This document shows positions 54,947-64,000 of a stretch of 64,000 nt of DNA, piece after piece (position 1 is the first letter of the stretch; each line of letters starts with the position of its first letter). A program made the translations under genes and the position numbers. Source of the DNA: Auanema rhodensis (Eukaryota; Animalia; Nematoda); assembly GCA_964057225.1 (NCBI GenBank), contig OZ059896.1, positions 7,626,001-7,690,000 on the forward strand, read 5' to 3'. Under the pieces are notes generated by a model that was given only the letters and a program-made list of their open reading frames with translations, made no database searches and had not been told where the DNA came from.

Positions 54947-56914
54947 GTGTAAGATCAGTACGAGCAGAAACTTTTTTGCATCCAGTACTGGCATATGAAT
55001 GTTTAAAATACTGAAAAATAAAATTATTAATTATAATATACAAATATATATAATAAAAGTAAAATATATTAATTAAATATGAAAAACCTGAATAGAATCA
55101 GCAACTTGTTCAACTAAATCAGTATTTTCAGCTACAATTTGTCGATTCGTTGATTCCAAATAATGTTGAATACATTGTACAATATGTTTACGTTCTAAAG
55201 GTAAAAATGGTACAAATATATCAATTAGTCCATTTTGTAGAACAATAGATCGATGAAATCCACCTAAAAACATTGTTTGATTAATTAATCTCTAAAGCTT
55301 ATTTCTAAAACTTTAATATAATCTAGAAAAATATAAAATTTTTTAATATAAACCTTGTCCATTGAATACAGAATTCGTAATAGACTTTTCAAACTGGATT
55401 AATTGTAGATTTTCCCTTAAGCCATCATCCTTCTTCATATGTCCAATCACAATATCATTGATTACTGTACCAGCTTCTCGTCTAAAATATGAGCATAAAG
55501 AATATTCTTTTAATTTTTTTATATAATTAACCCAATAAATATAAATGTTGTTTTACGATAATCAATACCATCCACATTTTCTTGATATTCCATATATGGA
55601 AAAAGTGCATCTAAAGTTTGTTATATTCATTAAGATATTCATATATCTATTGAATAATTTATAAATTACCTATTAATCTATTATCTAATAAATCATTTTC
55701 ATCAAATATAAACATAGCTCTATTACATGCTGATGTTGTTTTTTGAATTGTTTTCGTTACCAATTCCTAAAAGTATTTTTATTCCAAATTATTAATAAAG
55801 AATCATATCTTACAATTTGTTCATCAATATTGCGTCTTGATAGAGTTGCTCCATGAAAATATTGAACATTATTATATTTTCTATAATTAGAAATATAGAT
55901 AACATAATATAAATTTATTTTATTTATAGCTTACGTATTAAATATTTTCATTATGCTCATGGCAGTATATGTCTTTCCAACACCAGATGATCCATGTAAT
56001 GATAAAACCAAACTTTTTCGAGGTTGTTCTTGTTCCAAATGTGACTAAAATGTAATTTTTCAAATAAATATATTAAGATTATAGTCATTGTTTTACTTGG
56101 ATTAATGTTGGAATAGTAGATACAGCTATATGTTGACCATAGAGATCTTGAGAGAAAAATTTGGATAAATCTAATAATTAATATAAATTATTTCCATATA
56201 TTATATAATATAGAATGTTATTACCTATAATTACTTGTTGAATATCAAATTTACAATCAGAACATAGGCACTTATTGTGATCAATTTCAATATTTTCATC
56301 TTCTTTTTCATTATTCTAAATAATTTATTTTATAAAAATGCTTTTGGTTGAATTAATATTAACAAAAAAAATTATTTTTTTGGATATTCAGTGATAATAT
56401 ATATCTATTTTAGATGAATAATCAAAATAGCCTTTTATATAAAAGCTTTTGACCATAGATTGACAACAAAAAAAAAATATTTTTTGATGAAAGGTAGTGA
56501 TAATGTATTTTTATTTTTTGTTGAATAATCATAATAACATATTGATTAATAGGATGCAACCGTTCAAAAAGCAATACTTAAAGAATGAAAATCATCACGT
56601 TGAATGCCACGTAAGCATTATTATATAATTAGAATATTACGTGTTATTTATTTATATATAAGTTACCTTTATTTCAATATTTTCATCTAATTTTGGCTCT
56701 GTTTTATGACTTTCTTGAGGAACATGTACTGTTTTTGCGCAACCATCAACTAAAATATTAAATTATTTTTATATAATTACACTTGATGCATATTTAATGT
56801 TCTTAATTTACAAATTAAGTTGAACTAACCTGATATTGCATTTATTATAATTAAAATAAATATTAAAATTAAGTTAAAGCTTGATAAATGGTATCCATTC
56901 ACACTTCGTGTCAT
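54915..56914 (-). CDS. Torsin-family AAA+ ATPase (ER/nuclear-envelope lumen)
   Basis: Signal sequence, LYGQHIA, PRKSLVLSLHGSSGVGKT, FIFDEND, DGIDYRKTTFIF, LIDIFVPFLPLERKHIVQCI, STGCKKV and terminal QKEL*. Confidence 0.9.
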
Positions 56915-57508
56915 TCCATCTAATGTATTTCTTGATCCAATCGATTAATTTCTTGTCCCAAGTATAGGAAATTGCGACGTCACCTCCACCCCCTCTCTCT
57001 ATTCTCAAGGCCAGAATATCAATATTTCTTAACGTAAATGAATATAATACTTATTATTCAATAGAATAATTAAATTTTTGTTTTAGTTGTATTATCTTTC
57101 ATAATCATGTCTTGTTTATTCATAAAGAAGTACACATTTTTAACATTTCAAAGTCCACAATCAATTAGTTTTCAATATTTAAAAATATATTAATATTTGA
57201 GTAGCAAATAGATGTTTTATGATCTTTTAAGCTATACCTTATTGAAGTCTTTCTATTTCTTTTTTCATATTAATATTTAATGTTATATGACATTGTAATA
57301 AGTAACTGTCCGTTCATCATGATCTGTCTTTTCCATTTTCTTATTTTATTTTTATTTCATTCATATATTTATTACTTTATATTGAATTTCAGGTAAAAGA
57401 AATCTAATGAAACGAATAAATTATATTATTTGTTTCATTTTTATTTTGTTTTTTAATGTATTTCCGTGTATAAAATGTGACTTTGTTGATCCAAATGAGC
57501 CATATTCT

Positions 57509-58715
57509 ATGTCGGATTTATTTGACGAAGATCCTAATCCACACGATTCTTTTCAGGTAATTATATATTTTATAATTAAACTTTAATTATTTGTTTTTGC
57601 ATTTAAGGATTTAATTAAAGAAGAAGAAGAAGCTTCCGAATCCCCGGAAACTACACTAGCAATTGAAACCGTTATAGAAGCTGAAGATGAAATTGCTGAA
57701 AACAACGAAGCTGATGGGTTCTGGACTTTTATCAAATCTTGCCAATCCGTTTTGACCAAAGCTGCTTTGTTAATGTCACTGATTAAAGCACTTCAACGTT
57801 GCTGTATTGGATTAAAGGATTTGATATTCAAACGTGGTCGATCACGTCAACGTCGCATATCTAGTGATTCGGAAGACGACTCAAATTCGTCATATCGACG
57901 AAGCCCATCAAATGGTTTGTTCTGTTTTCATTCTTCTTCTTTCTTAATTTGGATGTTGTTATCAATATATTGTTTTAAAAATACTTTTTATTCGGGCTTC
58001 TGCTGGGCATTGAATGATCGTTTTCGACTTAGAAACAGCTTCATATATGAGATAACAAAAGCCAATACTTCAGCATATATAAGATCGGTTTCATTACTCC
58101 TATTCGAGAATATTGGAGGAGGAGAAGGAGGGTGGGTGTGTGGTTACAAGTGATCCTCACACTGAAAAAGCTCATGTGTGATCACTTTGGAAACCGAATG
58201 CATATGCATGGATATAGATACATATACATATGCACATATACTTATATTTCGTTGCAAATATAGACAAACTGAACTATTAATCAACTTTTTTATTCTGTTA
58301 ATCTAAATATATTATATTTATATATACATACAGATGTATTTCTTTTTTTTTATATAAACATAAACTATTTAGACTCTGAGGTCAAGCCACGAAGGATACG
58401 CGACAATCTAAAAATTCCTCTAAAAATTGGTTCGTTTGTATTCTTTTTGTTATTGATCCAGATGAATCTATTTATTTTATCTTTTTGTTTTATCAGTCTA
58501 ATTTACAATCAAATTTGAAAAAATATTCAGTTTAATTTCAGCTAAGGAACTAATTACTTCTGAATGCGAAGAGCTTAACGTCGTCAAACAAATTAGGTAT
58601 TGATTGTTGTCTTTTAATTTGGATTACAAGATAAGTGTCAGCATATTTCAATGACACAATTCGCTAAAGATATAGCTGCGATATAGTACGGAGATTTCTA
58701 CTGATGACCGGATGA
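57509..58715 (+). CDS. Hypothetical protein with an acidic N-terminus and basic/Ser-rich middle; 3' end uncertain
   Basis: Frame-consistent GT-AG exons MSDLFDEDPNPHDSFQ|DLIKEEEEASE...RRSPSN|DSEVKPRRIRDNLKIPLKI|AKELITSECEELNVVKQI; no family recognised. Confidence 0.5.
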
Positions 58716-61447
58716 GCGACGGATGCGCAAAAGAAAGACGATGATGACGAGAAACAGGAAGATGATGCTAGCTTGGAGCTATTGGCTTCATCTTCTCCTA
58801 GTTTTCTTCTTGTTCTCTCTCTGTGTCTTTCCTCATTCTCTACATCAGTTAGCATCACTCTTATTGGTTTCTCTGTTAGGATCCTTCCGACCTTCTAGAA
58901 TAGCTTCTCCCTCCTTCATTTATCTCTTTCTTTCTTCACATGTCCACTTCTCTCTTATATATCTTAATTTCACTTTTGCTATTTTCCACTTAAGCTGCAG
59001 TTATAGTTTTATTCTTCATTTCAAGACTCTTGCCGTCAATTGGATCTTATCTTCTTTCTTTTTTTTTTTGAAATCTTCCTATTTTGACATTCATACCACT
59101 CTCCTCAAATTCTTATTTTCATTTGATCTGAGCTCTTAAGAAAGCCAATATTCCTGTTTGATGGGCCTAAAACAACTAAGTCAATTTAGAAATTTCTGCT
59201 AGATTTCTGCCCTAAGATAAATACTTAAAAACCTTTTTTCAGGCTACCTAACCTTGGGCTAAAGGATGACTGATTCACAAGGTTCCTTCTATTCATTCTC
59301 CAGTCAGCTTGATGCAAGAGATCTTATATAAAAACTTGCCATCTTCAATCTAAAAACACCACCAATCTACATTTCGGGTCATTTTTCAGATTCACATCAC
59401 ACTTTTACCTTCTATTTTATTTTAATATTCATCCTTTTTTTTGTTTTTATCCGATATTTTTTATTTTTTTTCAATGTTTTTATGTTTCAGTTTTCTTCCC
59501 CCACTTTTTGTTATAAATCATCACACATGAAGTTTACAACAATTTCCAAAAAAAATATATTAAAATTCATTTGTAAGTGCCTCATTATTCTTAGTTTAGT
59601 TACCAAATGTTTCTGTATAAACTAGTGATCATGAAGTATTATTCAAAATCAGCATGAATATGTATGACTGAACCGGTTCAACGGTTATCAAGTCCTTCTT
59701 CAACATAACAATTTGATGCCATCATGGTCACTAGTTTCATGAAAAATCTCCTAATATCGTATAAACAAGTCTATAAATGAAAGTAAAATAATCTCTCCAT
59801 ATGTGACTAATTCACATCCACATACATATGTGCAAAAACTATTACATGAAGTGTTCAAATCTAAAAATAGCTTTGTACCTTTTTTTTTTTTTAAATTAGC
59901 AAAATATCATACAAACTTTAAGTAATACTACACCATATTCAAATTCTGCCTTAACTGTACTTTGTCTTCGATTTTTGTTAAACTTGAGGAGCAGATCGTC
60001 CAGCAGCTGTACCAAATAATCCGATTATATGACTCTTTCTTGTCTATCCTTTCACCATAAGATATGACCTATTCAGATCATTTTCTATTGTTTTTCTATA
60101 TCCTTAGTCAGTAGAAGACTCTCCTTTCTCACCTGCTTTAACTAGCATTTCTTTGAAAAGAATAGTTTTCACTTTAGTTGTCATGTTATTCCCTCGGGAA
60201 CTGGCCTTCAAAGACTTGAAGAGAGCCTTTTCTTTGGCCTCGCCTTGTCTCATTCTCCTCTCAAATAGCTCGCTTTCATATGTTCAATTTTTATATACTC
60301 TTCCTTTTTTTTTCATTTTCGCATAAATGAATGACCTAGCTTTTCGTGTTTTTTTTTTCGAAAGTTACTGCATCGTATGCTTTTTTCTTACGAAAAATTG
60401 CGAACACTTTTGAATTTTTTCAAATATAATGAAAATTTTCGATTTAAAATCATCGAAAATTCTTTTTTTCATCTCAACTGCTTATAAACTGATTCAATTA
60501 TTGACCAATATTGCATGAGTAGTAAACCTACTGTCATCTTATTTCTCATGAATATGCTCTATTCATCAGAATTTTCGTCTTCAATCTAACTCTTTCATAA
60601 AATTTCAAAGATTATTCATAAGAAGGCATGGTATTTTCCTTGCGTTCCTTCCTGAAAGAAGAAAAACTGGCCTTTTTTTCAATATGAAAGAATTCGAGCG
60701 AAATCAAAGACCCTCTTCAATTAAGTATGTTATAACTATATGAATTAATATATTTGTATCTTACCATCAATAAGCAATGTATTTCAGCTTAGCTGACACC
60801 CTTTTTCCCTACTCATTATGCCAGCATATAGAATTGAGCGATGACTCCTCCCTCCTTCTCTAGCTCTCCGCCAGCTGGATCCAGAACTCTAATTACTTTA
60901 CCAATTCGATCCATTCTATTCTGTCAACACATATACAGCGCATTGTATGGCCTAGAAATGTTTGAATTTTTCAAAATTAAACAAATGAATGCTTCCTTCT
61001 CCTTAAATTTCAAATCTGCTCAACACATTTCTCTTCACTATCGTGCGCCACCAGTAACCAGTAGCTAAATTACGTCTTTACGTCCTTATTTTCCAGTTTA
61101 ATACCGTAATCAAAAAAATATGGCAGGACAATTTCGATTTTTAAGAAGTAGTTCTTCTCTAACTTTGTTAATTTGTATTTGCTTCTTTATAATGTTATAA
61201 AACTATTTTATACTCCATTTTACATAATTATACGTATTTAGTATTGATTTATTTCATCTTTCATTAAATATCTTGTTTCTGATATGTTAATTATTTTTTA
61301 ATTTGTTCGCTATATTTCTAAAATAATTTTTTCTTTGTTTTGTTATTTTAAATTAATTTTTTCAGTTGATCGGATTATCGGTCAATTTACGCTCTCTCAT
61401 CATAATTTTGTACGAACATCGTCAGGGGCTTTGCCCCCAAATCTGAC

Positions 61448-63468
61448 ATGTTTCACAGGAGAGCTCATAGAATTGTCAATGTTTTAATCACCTTATGCCT
61501 AGTAAGTAATTTTTTTCAAAATATTTACCGTTAATTGTATTTGTTTTAGTTTGGATTTTTTGTAATTTTTCTGAAAACTCCCTCTCAGCCGAAGCAGGAT
61601 CTTATATTTCCAACAATAGACGAAAAGCAATGGAAAGAAATAGGAGAATTAAATTCAACTATAGACACTACTTATGATGATTTTCAGCAATGGCGTTTCA
61701 AAAGTAAGTATTAAACAATTTTTTTTGCTGATTACAATTTCAGTGTCAGCAAATAATACCATAAATGGCCGAGAAGTAGTCGAATCGGTTATGTTTTTGA
61801 ATGAGAACTTTGATATTTTGAATGTTGAAAAATTTGGACCCGTTGAGGATGTAAAAACAGTTATTGTAATTCAGGTATCTAACAAGTTAACAAGCTTCAA
61901 TAAGTTTATATTTTTATTTAAGGTGCATAATAGAATAGCATATCTTCGGTATTTAATTGACTCATTGGAAAAAACCAAAGGAATTGAAGATGCTTTATTG
62001 GTTTTCAGTCATGATATTAACGTTGAAGCAATTAATCATATGGTTCATAATATTTCTTTTGCTAGAGTAAGTTTATTTCTTATTTCTTTGTCTACTTATT
62101 TCTCTTCTAGGTATATCAAATATTTTATCCTTTAAATATGCAATTGTTTCCAAGTGTGTTTCCTGGTCAGGAACCTCTTGATTGTCCTGAAAAAATTGGC
62201 AAAGCTAGGTTAGTATATTTTATAATTATTGCTTCTCTTCGCATTCGCATTCACATTGCAATTTAATTTTATTTTTTGTTAATCATTTAATTTGTTATAT
62301 CTGTCGCAACTATTTGCTGATTTTCATTGTACTTCAATTTAAATTGGATGCATCACTAGACATTTTGTGTTTGATTACACAATTTCTTCAAAGTTTACTT
62401 AAGGGATTATATTTGTTCATTGCAGAGCGCAAATTGTAGGATGTCAAAATAAGGACTTTCCAGATAAGTATGGCAATTATAGAGTTGCTCAGTTAACACA
62501 GATTAAGCACCATTGGTGGTGGAAGGTATGAAAATAGTATTTGGGGCTTCAATCCTATATTTTTTTATTCTAAAGATGAACTTCGTTTTCGATGGGATAA
62601 TTGATAGGTTCGGGTTGCATAATTCATGGGTTCTTCTTCTTGAAGAAGACCACCTTGTAGTTCCCGATGCTTTGTATGTGCTTAATTATATAACTGACAA
62701 CAAAGATGAGTAAGTAGCTTTCTAAAATTATTATTGCTCATTTCAAACATTTAGACTTTGCCCTAATTGTGATTTGATTTCTTTGGGTGCTTACTTAAAA
62801 TCTACTAGAAAATATGGAGAGACGATCTCTTTGCTCGGCTCACATCCTTGGTTTAGCAGCAAGCATAATATGGGGATGGCGCTTCAGCGTACTGAATGGC
62901 TTAAAATTAAAGGATGTGCTGAGGTAAAAATTAAATTTTTTCTTATTTGTATTTATATATCTGTTTAGATGTTTTGTACTTGGGATGATTATAACTGGGA
63001 TTGGTCGGTAATGCAAGTAACAGCGAAATGCTTACCTCAACGATTTCGGGTTATCTTTGCTAAAAGCCCTAGAGTTCTTCACATTGGCGACTGCGGAGTT
63101 CATACTCATAGGTTTTATTGAAGCATAGCCAATGGTTTATTTTTATTTTCTTAGATGCACAGCTTCTAATGCATATACTCAAGCTACACAATTAGTGGAA
63201 GAGCATCATGGGGCTTTGTTCCCTAGCCAACTAAAAGTGACCGATGTAAGATATTTCAAAAAAATTAAATTAAATTTTAAAATTTATTTAGATTTCACGT
63301 CGATCGTTAAAGCCCTCAAAGGAAAATGGTGGTTGGGGTGATAAAAGAGATCATGAATTATGTCGACTTAATACTCATCCTCTGACTTGGAATACAAAAG
63401 AAGCCAATATGAGCATTATTGAAAAGCTTCTGAACCATCGTATACATGTTCCTAGTCAATCAAAATAG
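61448..63468 (+). CDS. gly-20: Alpha-1,6-mannosyl-glycoprotein beta-1,2-N-acetylglucosaminyltransferase (GnT-II/MGAT2)
   Basis: Type II membrane anchor, VIVIQVHNR, LVFSHD, QIKHHWWWK, LLEEDH, SSKHNMG, FCTWDDYNWDWS, RVLHIGDCGVH and NGGWGDKRDHELC. Confidence 0.95.
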
Positions 63469-64000
63469 ATTTTTTTGTTTTGTTTTTAGAAAATAGTTTG
63501 TTTTATGAAAATTTCTAACGGGTATTTCATGGACTTCGTACTGATAAGAACTAAGCTATCTCTGTAATAATTCCTTGAACCTCGTACTAGCAGATCTGCG
63601 GGTTGCTCCCTCTAACTACTTGCTTTTTAATCTACTTTATTTCATCCACCAAGCGGTGTGATGTGCATATTACAACTTATTTACGGGTTTTTCTTAGATT
63701 GTCTAATAAATTTTTTTAAAATATTTGTGTTTAAAATACATATCTTGTTCTGAACAACTATTACATAATAATTGCTTCATTTAATTTTAAAATGCTGTAA
63801 GTATCATCTCGGATTAGAAAATGCCTAAAGGATATAAGAATAGTATTGCTGCTGGGTAAAAGGATTCGTGATCAAAGTACTGTGATCTGATTAGGTCATT
63901 TGTTGGTGCTATAGGCATTTTTTGGTGGGCGGGATGAAGTAAACAATGTAGTTTGTGACTATATATACACCACCAAAAAGAGTCAAACTCATTCCTTCAC

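Noticed and set aside
58723-59139. 138-aa hydrophobic ORF
   Set aside because: It arises from low-complexity CT-rich sequence and has no splice or family support
61100-61200. Short ORF MAGQFRFLRSSSSLTLLICICFFIML upstream of gly-20, considered as an alternative membrane-anchor exon
   Set aside because: It ends in a stop with no convincing in-phase donor, and T-rich DNA produces such peptides by chance

Overview
AT-rich eukaryotic genomic DNA with many ~45-50 nt introns and TTT(C/T)AG acceptors, typical of a compact rhabditid nematode genome. All gene models were assembled by eye from splice signals, and all family assignments come from motif recall, not database searches. About 22 protein-coding genes are supported, in order: rpl-12 (3' end); a Ser/Thr-Pro-rich protein resembling the Myb C-terminus but lacking Myb repeats; nicotinamidase; a mitochondrial GGQ rescue factor; NAMPT; an atypical copine; MPP-beta; a TWK two-pore K+ channel; a small secreted or GPI-type helical protein; LIPT2; MRPL42; gamma-COP; two transthyretin-like genes; PAPS synthase; an ACC-like Cys-loop channel; an FAAH-type amidase; an MFS sugar transporter; two chemoreceptor-type GPCRs; a torsin; an unknown protein; and GnT-II (gly-20). 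The strongest candidate for an undescribed system is the 'headless Myb' gene (1633-3425). It has a predicted MuvB-binding C-terminus and three upstream E2F sites, in a phylum thought to have lost Myb. Other highlights are a NAD-salvage cluster with both nicotinamidase and NAMPT, an 11-nt MRPL42-LIPT2 junction, an LC8-type QT array in the K2P tail, and overlapping convergent GPCR and torsin coding sequences.
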